A stretch of 63,624 nt of DNA, counting the filler, from Basidiobolus meristosporus CBS 931.73 (Eukaryota > Fungi > Basidiobolomycota): the NCBI GenBank assembly GCA_002104905.1. It is 4 parts of 4 records of this genome, joined end to end, with 100 filler letters (N's around TTAATTAATTAA, not from the genome) between each part and the next. Parts side by side here need not be neighbours in the genome. Positions count along the whole stretch, not along the records: positions 1 to 12,823 come from MCFE01001223.1; 3 more parts are not named here. One strand, given 5' to 3'. Within the stretch, counting starts at the first letter, position 1. Every line of letters begins with the position of its first letter. Below, piece by piece: positions 1 to 10,700 of the stretch. A program made the position numbers and the translations under genes. The notes beneath the pieces are model-generated. The model saw only the letters and a program-made list of their open reading frames with translations, was not told where the DNA came from and ran no database searches.

Positions 1-69
1 TATGCTATAATATGGGTGGCTAAGTTAGGTGAATATCTAGGTGTAACTTACAAATTTACAACAATCAAT

Positions 70-440
70 ACCTCTTTGTAACTGTGGATGTCTGCACACT
101 TTTGTCTTCTCAATGCTATCCTGGACAAGCATGCTTCCACTATTGCACAGGCTCTGTTCAAGTTCTACTGTCTTTTCTGGTTCTCAAAGACTGTTCAGTT
201 GAACAATGGAACCAAATTTGAAATCATGTGATCAAAGCTCTTTACCAGAATAGTGCCATTGATCACTCTCTGCTCACCCCATATCATCCAAAAGCAAATG
301 GGCTTGCTGAAAGACAGGTTCAGACCTCAGTGACATCATTGGAAAATCAATCAGACTTATCAAAACAAATTGGGGCAAGTATTTTCCTACCCTAAAGTAT
401 GCTATTAACATCAAAGTTGCTGCTCTATATGGATCAATGC
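70..440 (+). pseudogene. Degenerate Ty3/Gypsy integrase core fragment, same family as the element at 7012-12823
   Basis: Translation with indels gives LFVTVDVCT..DKHASTIAQALFK..TPYHPKANGLAERQVQTS. This aligns by eye with the integrase at 7712-9229 (FVIVDVCT..DKYAATIAQELFK..TPYHPKANGLAERHVQTS). Confidence 0.85.
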
Positions 441-689
441 CAGTCAATGTTCCCTCTTTTCTCTGGGCCATTGCATATATCATATTAGCCACTGCTCCCA
501 ATTACCTCATTAATGCTTTGGTATGAGCTGATAACATGCTTGCAAGTACTGGTGGTGGTGAAGTCATGACAGTCATTTGCTGGTCTTCTACCAGCAGTAC
601 TGTGTTTGCTACACTCTCATCTACCTAAGCATGATGGTCAGCTTGCAGCTCCCCAGATATTCTCAATTGCTTAGTTGACTGAGAGGCTG

Positions 690-1276
690 AGGAGGCTTCA
701 TTTTTATCTTCAGTGAGCACACAGTCAACATGACTTTTTTTGGATGTAGCTCTGCTTGTTGCACAAAATGTCAATGCAAGCTGTTGTCCAACTGTTCTTC
801 TGCTGCTGTCTGTGTTGGGGTTTGGTTGGGAACCTGACAACTTTGCATTATTTTTTGGAGGCATATTGATGGAAGTGAGTCATACCAACAGGGATTTAGT
901 GTTACATGTGTGTGAGTATGTGGTGCCTCAACTTTATTTATAATACTTACCATAGCATGTTATTATCAAATAGGAGTCTGTATTATTCCCTTTAGTGGGC
1001 ACACTGTCCACAGGGTCTTTTTTGGTTGTAGCCATGCTTGTTGCACTGAATGTCAAAGCAAGCTGTTGTCCAACTGTTCCTCTGCTGCTGTCAGTGGTGG
1101 GGTTTGGTTGAGAACCAGACAACTTTGTTTTATTATCTGGCAGCATACATATAGAAGTAGGTCAAAAAAAAGGGGAAATGGTGTTATATATACATGTGTA
1201 AGTGGTGCCATAGCTTTATTTATAATGCTTACTCTGGCAGGTCATCATTGAATCATACATTCATATAGGTGCAATG
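690..1276 (-). repeat. Two diverged tandem copies (~300 bp) of a dispersed repeat encoding an MPPKN-start ORF remnant
   Basis: ORFs 625..864 and 934..1146 are mutually similar (KLSGSQPNP.TDSSR.TVGQQLALTF). Further copies occur at 12924-13210 and ~33215-33400. Confidence 0.75.
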
Positions 1277-2302
1277 TTAGGGGAGGGAAAGTCACCAAGG
1301 TAGGTGAAATCTTTATTTGATTTCAGACAAGTCTAACTACAAATAAAGAAGCCAGCTGGGAATAGAAGATTCCCAAAGTAAATACTAAGTTGAATATGAA
1401 TAAATCTAAGCTAAAGTTAAGGCAGTATCCCAGAGTACACTGGAGTTCAGGTTCATGGGGGAGTGAAGTAGATAAGCTTGAGAGATATAATAATCTTTGA
1501 GGAAGTGGGTAACAGCAGGTGAAGGGGAGTTTTTGATAAGTGAAGTGAATCTTGAGAGCAGAGATTCCTCTAAGGAGAAGGTCTTGTAAACTGGAGAATC
1601 AGGAAACTCTTTAAAGGCATGGTCAGTAGGTTCCCAGTAAAGCTGGTCAGAGACATTTTGAGAGAACTCTTTAGCAATACTTTTGTCAAGTACTACCTCC
1701 AGAGTGTGATGGTTGATAAATCTCATGTTGACAATCTTGGATAAGTTGTAACCATGTTGCTTGAGATACATCCTATGCTCAGATATAGGAATAAACTCCA
1801 CATTGGCAAAGTAGCAGACAGCCCAGTCAGTAGCAGGAGGCAAATCAGAAGTGGCAGGAAACTTTCTTTTGGTCTTGGGAGGAGCAGCAGGATGTCTTGA
1901 GGGAGCAGGAACAGACTTTTTGACAACTTCAGAGTAGGAAGAGTGAGCAGGAGCAGATGATTCTTGGGGAGTCTTGTTGGCAGGAAGGGTTGGCACAGGG
2001 ACAATAGATTCTTGCAGATCAGAGAAGGCAGAAAAGAGCTTTTGAACTTGTTTCTTGAGTAGAGCATTTTCAGCTTCAACAAGTGCAAGCCTTTCCTCAA
2101 GGAAAGAAATCTGAAGGGAATGGAGTGAAGGCATAAGAAATAAGAAGAAGAGGGTAAGATGGGGTGGGTGGGAGGGAAAATTAGCAGGGAGAAGAGAAGG
2201 AAGGAGCAAAAATTCCAGAAGTCAGAATTTATAGATGGATGGACAAGGGTAGATGGATGGATTATTCCTGGGTTAGGAAAATTAGCAGGGAGAAGAGAAG
2301 GG
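1277..2302 (-). mobile_element. Putative non-autonomous gag(ORF1)-only non-LTR unit
   Basis: Its single intact ORF is homologous to ORF1 of the adjacent LINE. Its 3' terminus (1278-1354) matches the LINE 3' terminus (2316-2392). No RT is present. Confidence 0.65.
1406..2134 (-). CDS. ORF1/Gag-like protein (coiled coil + conserved W..YFANV..SKIVN..LE domain)
   Basis: First ATG at 2134 (MPSLHSLQISFLEERL). WAVCYFANVEFIPISEHRMYLKQHGYNLSKIVNMRF..LEVVLD aligns with WSLLYFANVPWTTISNIRHTFRSLNIDTSKIVNLAW..LEMIVD of ORF 5252..6445. Confidence 0.75.
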   Translation of the reverse strand: MPSLHSLQISFLEERLALVEAENALLKKQVQKLFSAFSDLQESIVPVPTLPANKTPQESSAPAHSSYSEVVKKSVPAPSRHPAAPPKTKRKFPATSDLPPATDWAVCYFANVEFIPISEHRMYLKQHGYNLSKIVNMRFINHHTLEVVLDKSIAKEFSQNVSDQLYWEPTDHAFKEFPDSPVYKTFSLEESLLSRFTSLIKNSPSPAVTHFLKDYYISQAYLLHSPMNLNSSVLWDTALTLA

Positions 2303-2320
2303 TTAGGGTTAGGGCTAGGG
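2300..2320 (+). repeat. Short interstitial telomere-type repeat GGG-TTAGGG-TTAGGG-CTAGGG
   Basis: Read directly at the junction between the two non-LTR units. A single TTAGGG also sits at 1277-1282 at the 3' end of the gag-only unit. Confidence 0.8.
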
Positions 2321-2402
2321 GAGGGAAAGTCACCAAGTTGGTGAAATCTTTATTTGAGTTAAGAACTAATCTAAGTACAAATAAAGAAGCCAATTAAGAG
2401 GT

Positions 2403-5251
2403 CTAGAACCTCTCTAATAAGTAATCTAATTTATGTTTTGTTTCATCTCTAATGTTTGTTTCAATAAAGTGAAGCTCATCAGAGGTAAATATAAAATTCA
2501 GGGGTTTTGGGGGAAGTACAAATTGTAGATGTTTCTGATCAATATAATCCAAGACTGCAACCCAGCCTGGAATTAGGTGTAGTAGGAAAGGTGTGTGGAC
2601 TTGTAAGTAGCTCTGCCACATAGATCTTAGATGGTCCTGAGCCAGTAGTCTTGGTTTCTCAGCTTTTTGAAGTTTTGAAGCAAGCTCTGTTACTACAGCA
2701 GAGCCAACCAGGGTGTGCCAGCAAGAAGATTTCAGGGAGGAGTTAGATTGAAGCCATTGTTTGATGGAGGGGTTATGTGATTTCTGAAGTTTGACTAGGA
2801 AGGAAGCACGGAGATAGATCATTTGGATTTGGTATGGGTAGAACCCAAAACTCCATTAGTTGCATGGATATAGGGAGATACTGGAAGATAAGGTACCAAG
2901 GATCTGATACACTGATGGAGAAATTTATCCAGGCGGTGAAGTTCTCTGGAGGTTAGGGGTATAATGTGGAGACCAAATTCAAGTACCGGCAGTACATACT
3001 GCTTCAGAAGTATAGGGATCTTTTGAATTGGAGTGTCTGGAGTGACTACTACCAGAAGCTTTTTGAGAGCCTGTTGGGCAAGACGGATCCTACTATTCAG
3101 GTGGAGCTTTGAGTCAATCCCATGTTGACAAAACGGCAGACCTAGATATATTGCAGTTTGTTGTGGCAGAATGCTAGTGTTCTGTATAGTTGTAGTGCAC
3201 CCAATTGGGACTGTCTTGGAAATTGAGAGTGAGAGGTTGTTGGCAGCCAAGTACTTCTCAATGATGGCAGTGTCTGCTATGGGATTAGGAGTAGCAATCT
3301 TGATATCATCCGCATAGAGAGTTAGTAGTGGATAGGGAGAGTCTGGTGAGGGGCCTTTTGGAAATAAAGGAAAGTTGTGTAGGAATATCACAAATAGTAA
3401 GGGACCTAGTACAGATCCTTGGACTACTCCATTTGGAACCTCATAAGTCTCTGATGTACAACTTGGATGCAAAATTTTGGCTGAGTTCTCACAAAATAGA
3501 GAACGTACAAGAAGGGTCATTGGTAGTGTGGTAACTGCTAATAGCTTTCTCCAAAGCAGAGCTCTGTCCACAGAGTCAAAGGCTTTAGTAATGTCAAACA
3601 GAATGGTTGGCAATGAGAATTGAAGTGAATGATCATGGCTTAGCACTACAGCCATATCCAAGGAGAGTTTGGGCAAGAATCCAAACTGGGAAGGATGGAA
3701 TGGATATAGTTGAGATTGCAAGGATCTTGCTATTATAAGCTCAAATATTTTCCGGCAGGTTGGTAGGAGCAAAACTGGCCGGTAAGAACCTGGGAGTGAG
3801 TGTTTCCCCTTCCCTTTGTATAAGGGTATTACATTTGCCTGTGACCAGGCCTTTGGGGTAGTCAATTGTTGGGCACAGATAGAGTAGAATGGGAGAAGTA
3901 AGTGACTCATTTTGGAGTAGCATACCCGGAGTAGATTGTAGGTAATCAAGTCATGTCCAGGTGCAGTATTTGCAGGAAGCTTCTTTAAAATTTTCTCCAG
4001 AAGCTTTGCTGAAACCAAAATTGGAGATGTTGGACTGCTAGATATGTTACCAGTATGGTAGAAAGGAGGAGTGGGATGCACGGTTGAATCAAAGAATATA
4101 GGGGCCAGTTTGTCTGGTGATGGTATACTCCTTGCTTGGGGTCTCATGGCTTTGTATACTCTTGATATAGACCTTGTGGTGGCATTCATATTTACTAAGG
4201 GCAAGGTATCCATGATATGAGCCCATAATCTAGTATGCTCAGTGATCTGTAGTGACTTGGAGTAGGAGATTGCGCTTTCCAGGAGGTTCTGTGTTTTTGG
4301 GTTAGGGAAACATAGGTAGCTGGAATTTAAGGCAGAAATGATGGATTTCCATTTAAGTTGGTTTGCAGATGGCTTTTGGTAGGACTTGGTGGGCAGGGCC
4401 AGACAGCCAGTGATTATGATGAAATGCTGGTAAAATAGCCATAATGCATTTACATCATCACAAATCCATGCAGGTAAGCTGGGAAATGCATATTCTGTAA
4501 GCAAGGATAGGTAGTTGGCAAAGTCCTGTGTCTGTGATACTGAAGCTTTGGCTGGCAGGATTGTAAATGGCTGAAGAAGGGTGCCAATTGGTAGGGTTTT
4601 TCTGGCAGAAATGATAATATGTATTGGCTTGTGATCAGATTTCTCTAGTGAACCACAGCTGATATCCTCTGGAATGCTTGTAACCTGGTGGATGTACTGT
4701 AAGGCAGCAGGAGTAGCTGTTACCCAGTCAACACAACGTTGAGCTTGCTGAGTGTTTACAGTGACCAGATGGTTTTGTCGGAGGAACTTTGTAAAGTGCT
4801 CCTCTTGGGTTCTAAGTCTGGATGAAATAGTGGTGATATTTTCAGGGTGGGGAATATTTATATCTCCCACTACCATACAAGGGATTGATGAGCTGTTAAT
4901 GAATTCTGATGTGGCCAAGAAAATTGCCAGTGTTATGGAGTTAGACAGAGATGGAGGGAGATAGATAATAATGGCTACTATAGTTGGAAGTGTTAGAGCA
5001 TAGCAGTAATATTCATAGATGATGGATACATTTGCTGAGGGTGCAAGCTTAGAAGATGAAAGAGCAACAAGTGCCATTGAGTGAGCTGGGAATTTTGGGT
5101 GAGCAGATGAATATGCATTCAGTCTAGAGGGAAGTTTTGGCAACTTAACATCAATTAGTAGGAGCAAGGAATATTCCTTTTTCAGTAAGTTTTCTAATTC
5201 AGCTACAGTTGGAGTGATGGAGTTGCAGTTGAGTAAGAGTATGTTCTGTAG
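2403..5251 (-). CDS. LINE ORF2 (APE endonuclease + reverse transcriptase), apparently with one frameshift near 2830-2850
   Basis: The frame is open from the codon after the ORF1 stop (5251) to 2819. ORF 2403..2822 appears to continue the C-terminus in another frame. Confidence 0.8.
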
Positions 5252-6545
5252 TCAGGCAGACTCTGAGGTTGCCTGTTCCTGCTGAAACTCTTGCACTGCC
5301 CTTTGTAAATTTCCAGAATTATTCCACAACTCTTCAAATGGAGCTTGCGTAATGTCTTTCAGGATTCTAATTGCTTCCTCTTTCAAGAAGTAGGCCACAT
5401 CATAGGTTGGAGCCTGTTTCTTAATGGCAGCAAAGAAAGCCATAATTGCCATGTGAGCTGGGGGCTTGTTGAATATTCCTGGCTCAGTGTCCATTGACTC
5501 TGGTGGAATGATTGTGAATTTGGTAGGCACCCAGTTTAGATTTTTTGCCAGATACTTAGTCAATGCAGTGGAGAAGTTTCTGTCTACAATCATTTCTAGG
5601 ATCTTTCCTCTTCTCCAAGCTAGGTTAACAATTTTTGAAGTGTCAATATTTAGAGAGCGGAATGTATGTCTGATGTTTGATATAGTAGTCCATGGAACAT
5701 TGGCAAAGTATAGCAAGGACCAATTCTGGAGCTGAGGTAAGTTTGCTGGAGGCTTATAGGTAGACTTCCTGGCAGGTTGTGTGGTAGGCTTTAGTGTTTC
5801 CAAGGTAGCAAGTTGTGGTTGAGACTTTTTGGAATTACGTATGACTTTGGAAAGAATTCTGCCAGCAACTGTGTCAGGAATGTTAGTACTCATTGATGGT
5901 GCAGGGCCTGGCTCCTGGTACTGCTTTTGTAGAATACTTGAGTATGTCTCTTTTTGTTTTCCTTTATCCAATGTGCTATGCCTTGGAATGGGATTTTGGG
6001 GAATAGAGACTTCAGGTATCAACTCTGGGGTCTGGGGATTGTCCAACATTGTTGCTTGAGCTTCCAGCTTTTCCTCTAAGATTTGAACTCTCTGCTTAAG
6101 CTCATCATTTGATGCTATAAGTGTTGCATTGTTTGGAGCCAGGTCAGGTGTTGAGTTATGAAGGCAGGTTGAGCAGCGTTCTAACTCCTTTGTTTGGTCA
6201 TCCAACTTTTCTTCTAAGGTTTGAACCCTCAATTTGAGTGCACCATTTGAGGTTAGAAGCTCCAAGTTATCAGCCTGCAACTTCTTTAGATCCCTAAATA
6301 TCTCAAATATCTGTGCCTGCAAGTCTTTAGCAGTGATATTTCTGATGGGTACTATTTCCTCTAGGAGTTCTTCTTGAGCCAGGTGAGCATTGGGACTTGA
6401 GCACTCTACTGAAGGAGTTGCTGGAATTTCCTCAATGTCTGACAAAACTCCTTCACTTGCAGCATCAGTTGTATGATTATCCTGAGTAGCAGCAACAACC
6501 TCTAGTTCACAAGGACCAGTTAAAGTAAAACATCTTCTTGGGTGG
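5252..6545 (-). CDS. LINE ORF1 (Gag-like, duplicated coiled-coil motif L..SN..LK.RVQ.LEEKL); true start probably lies in overlapping ORF 6507..6716
   Basis: The 397-aa track ORF starts at TTG and the frame stays open to ~6545. It lies directly upstream of APE-RT and is homologous to 1406..2134. Confidence 0.75.
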
Positions 6546-7011
6546 GACTATCTCAAGAGGCTTAGGTGGGACTTTTGCTTTGAATGGTGAGGTACTAGTA
6601 TCAAGAATTGGGACTGGGACAGAAGCTATGGTGTCTATTTCAGCAGCAGTTGCTGTAGAGCTACTGGGCTCTGACTGCTGTTTTTGTCTTTGCTTCACTC
6701 CTGCTACCACTGTCAAGACACAATCTTTGTACAGCTTGCATTGACTGCTTACTTATTCTTGCAGCACGCATTGAGCTTCATTTACCTCTGATACACAGCA
6801 GTGCAGTCAAGTTTGAATACATCTTCTGAAGAGAGTCAAATCTCTTTCTTAGGAGACAGTCACAACAGGTGAATCTTATTTCAGTTGAAACAAAGAGCAG
6901 TGCTACTGTGTAGCTTGATACAAGAGTGTGTAGCTGAGGGAATTGTAGGTAGTATAGAGTGATGATAGTCTCAGTGCTCAGACACTGTCAGTGATAGCAG
7001 AGAGTAGATGA

Positions 7012-7711
7012 TGTTGTATCCAAGAGAAAGTGTAATAAAGCTCTTGAATGGTTTAACTGAACCAAAGGGACAATTAAGTGCAGAATCTTAGAATTGTCAG
7101 AGAGTGGCGGAAATATTAGCAGAAAGATTCTGATCTAATATTGGTCTTGGATATAGCTGGGTTGGCTATAAAGGCAATGATATTTGTTTGCTAGGCAAGC
7201 TAGGCTTGGTGTTCTGTTGGAGTGCTAGATATACTAGGCTTGGATAGAAACTGGAACGGAATTGTTGGATTCTTATTTTTGCTGAGACAGAATCTTAATT
7301 TTGTTGAGACACACACTAAACCAAAAGGTTCAGTAAACTTTATTTATACTTTTCTGATCAAGTTGAATTAGTAAGCACCAAGGGACTGGATTGATTGAGA
7401 TACAATTTGGGTGTTCATAGGTGCATAAGATAAATGAAAATTACATCATCAATCAACTGATGTCTTGGCAACTGCACCAGTGGTTGGATAGATCTCAGAT
7501 GACTAATCACCTGGGAAGGCTTGGCAGATAGGTTGATAACGTAATGACCATTTGAAAATAGATCAGGTGTGATAGCTAAAAATAGATTCTGAGGTGGGAT
7601 AAAATAAACTGTAACTGGGATTTGTTATGTTTGGGTTAGGGAAAATCAGTTAGGGTACTAGATTTTCAAACGGAGTAAAATTGGCTAAGTTTTAAATGTT
7701 GATGCACAACA
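7012..7711 (-). repeat. 3' LTR (700 bp, TGTTG...CAACA) of the Gypsy chromovirus
   Basis: Inverted 5-bp termini. It matches 12238-12823 with about 6 substitutions and 3 single-base indels counted by eye. A purine tract (GGAAGGAAG) lies just upstream on the minus strand. Confidence 0.9.
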
Positions 7712-10700
7712 TCACTTCCTTCCGGAAGAGGAGTTTTTTGATACCTTCTGGGTTCCTCTGCGGCTCCAATACTGATCAATAATGGCAACATCATCAAAGT
7801 TGGTGTAAGGTTCCCAGGTGTTGTGTTTGGCATCATAGCCTTTCCACTTGACTAAATAAAGGCAATTTGGTTCTTCTCCATCATGGTCCACAATAGCTTC
7901 AACTTCATAGGATTCCAAAGTTACTGGGTCTTGAGAAATAAGTTTGAGTGAAGAAGGTGGAAAGTTTTTGGGTAGCAGTGCTCCAGTGTTATCCTGAAGT
8001 ACATAAGATCCTCCAGTAGTGCGTCTGACAACCTTGAATGGTCCTTCATACTTGGGGTCAAGCTTAGATTGCCGGATTGGATCTAGTGTCATGACATATG
8101 ACCCATCTGGGAAGCTGCTGTTCCTGTGTCTTGAGGCATACGTTGAAGTCATCTTTTGCTGAGAGGCCTTACTTCTGGCACTGATAGCAGGGTAGACAAT
8201 GTTGGTAAGGTACTCAAGCCGGTTCTTTAGCTTATCTGTATTCAAACTTGCTAACTCTGTATTCTGGTAGTCTCCAAAGTGGTTGTATCTTCTTCCAAAC
8301 ATCAAGGAAAATGGTGTTGATCCATGTAGAGCGGCAATTTTGGTGTTGATAGCATACTGTACAGTTGGAACGTACTTGTCCCAATTCTTCTTGATACCTT
8401 TGATAGATTTCCTGATGATGTTCACTGAGGTCTGAACATGTCTTTCAGCCAGTCCATTAGCTTTGGGATGATATGGAGTGATCAGACGGTGATCAATGGC
8501 GCTATTCTGGCAAAGGGCTTTGATCACGTGATTCACAAATTCTGTTCCATTATCCGATTGAATGACCTTAGGGAATCCAAAAAGGCAGAAGAGCTTGAAT
8601 AGTTCTTGTGCAATAGTGGCAGCATACTTGTCTGGGATAGCTTTGAGGAAGACAAAACGTGTGCAGACATCCACAATTACAAAGAGGTAGTGATTACCAT
8701 CATCACTAGTGGTGAAAGGTCCAGCTAGATCAATTGCAATATGATCCATAGGAAGGCTTGCATGGATGGGGCTCAAAGGGTGAAATCCATGGCGGCTGAT
8801 ATTGTAAAGTTGACATTCTCTGCACAACTTGACAAATTCTAAGCAGTCAACTTTGATATTTGGCCAGTGATATCCATCAGAGTGTAGCTTCTTCATAAGT
8901 GTGTCAGCTCCAAAGTGGCCAAGTAAATGACTCCTCTGTATCAATGTTTTCCTTTGTTCTTCAGGTGGGATTTTCCAAGTTGCTGAATCCAGTTGAGGAA
9001 TTATTTTGGAAGTTGTAGAGAGTTTACTGATTACATCAGTAATCACATGTCCCTCCCAAGGTGAAGTTGGAAAAAGTCTTGACAGGTGGTCAGGAAGGAT
9101 GTTGAGAATTCCTGGGCGATGAATAACTGTATATTCATAATCAAGTAGAGTATCAAGCCAGTTGGTAAGCATTGGAGTCAGAGTCTTCTGAGTGTGGATA
9201 TAGACAAGGGCTCGGTGGTCAGTGTACAAGGTAAAAGGATTACCCCATAGATACTGATGAATACTTCTTCAACGCAAAGACTATGGCAAGTAGCTCCTTC
9301 TTAGTAGCAGAGTAGTTTCTCTCAGCAGGTTGTAGGGACCTGGCTTGGAAAGAGATCCAGTGAGGCGGATTTTGGTCTTCATCTTGATAGAGGACTGCCC
9401 CTAACCCAACATTAGATGCATCCGTAGCAACAATAAAGGGCTTAGTAAAGTCTGGGTAGGATAAGGTGGGTGCTTGTGGAAGCAGTTGGCAGAGTGACTC
9501 AAAGGCTTGGTCATGAGTCTTGTTCCAGGCTGAGGTGAGATCAGGGCTATGGCGTAATGCATCTAAAGGGGCACTCAATGAGGACATGAGTGGTATGTGT
9601 TCCCTGAAATAGTTGAATACTCCAAGATAATGTTGAAGTTGCTTGGCGCTAGTGGGTTTTGGCCATTCTGGGATATTGACCAGTTTGAAAGGATCTAATT
9701 GGTGGCCAGCTGGTGTGACTATAAATCCAAGTAGATTGATTTTGAGGCGGGCAAAACTGCACTTTTCAGCATTGAGAATCAGTCCAGCAGTTGTCAGTCT
9801 GTTGATTACATCAGTGACATGGGTTGCATGATCATCACGGTTAGTGGAAAATATGATGACATCATCAACAAATACCAATGCGTATGGTGCATTCTTGAGT
9901 ATTATAGTCATGACTCTCTGAAACTTGCTGGTAAGTGTCTTTAGGCCAAAGGGAGCTCCCTGAAACATCCATTGCATATTATTCCAAGTAAAGGCAGTCT
10001 TATGCTGATGATCAGGATGGATCTGGAATCGGTGATATGCATCCTTCAAGTCCAACTTGGAGAATACTTTTGCTCCTGATAGTGCGGAAAAGATATCTTG
10101 GATTCTTGGAATTGGAAACTTGTCATCTTGGAGAAGCTTGTTCAGAGGTCTGGGGTCCAAACAGGGTCTCTTCAGGGTTAGATTTCCATCAGCATCTTTC
10201 TTTGGTGCAAGCGTCAAAGGGCTGTTGAATGTTGTGTTGACAGGGGCTTGAGTGATAATTCCATTGTCAGCCCATTTTTGGACTATCTCATCAACTAAGT
10301 GTTGACATGAATGCGGAATTGGGTATTGCCTCCTCCATGTTGACTCACCAGGTGGGGTCTCTAGTGTAACAATGGATTCTGGGATGGTGCAGAAGCTGTT
10401 CCTTGGAATGGCCTGATTTCTCTCTATGGCCGGCTGAATATCTAATTTGACTGATTGAGAATATTCTTGAAAAGTTGGGGTTAACTCTTCTTCTTCCGGT
10501 TGGGATGAGATAATCTCTGGGATTTGATCCATTATGAGCGGCTGAGATTTAGTGATTCCTGGATAGGAAACCGGTAGTCCGCCTATGTGAAAGCCAAGTT
10601 TGGTGAAGGTGTCCAGACCAATGACTACCTGAGGTCCATCTGGTATGTCAATCACTTCCATCTGATGGATTATGGTTACTGAGCCACAATGTATGTTGAT

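Larger units (their letters stand above)
2315..7011 (-). mobile_element. Non-LTR retrotransposon (LINE): ORF1 + APE-RT
   Basis: ORF1 is followed by APE motifs (LLLNCNS, VGDIN, VDWV, SDHKPI) and non-LTR RT motifs (QFGF, FDITKAFDSV, GVVQGSVLGPLLF, YADD). The 5' boundary is uncertain because a Gypsy LTR abuts at 7012. Confidence 0.85.

Noticed and set aside
1278-1354. Hammerhead ribozyme / Penelope pLTR interpretation of the shared terminus
   Set aside because: No CUGANGA core on either strand, and the RT carries APE-type LINE motifs rather than PLE features.
7630-7656. GGGTTAGGG / TTAGGG inside the Gypsy LTR (and at ~4299 inside the RT ORF)
   Set aside because: Isolated single units not at element junctions; compatible with chance.
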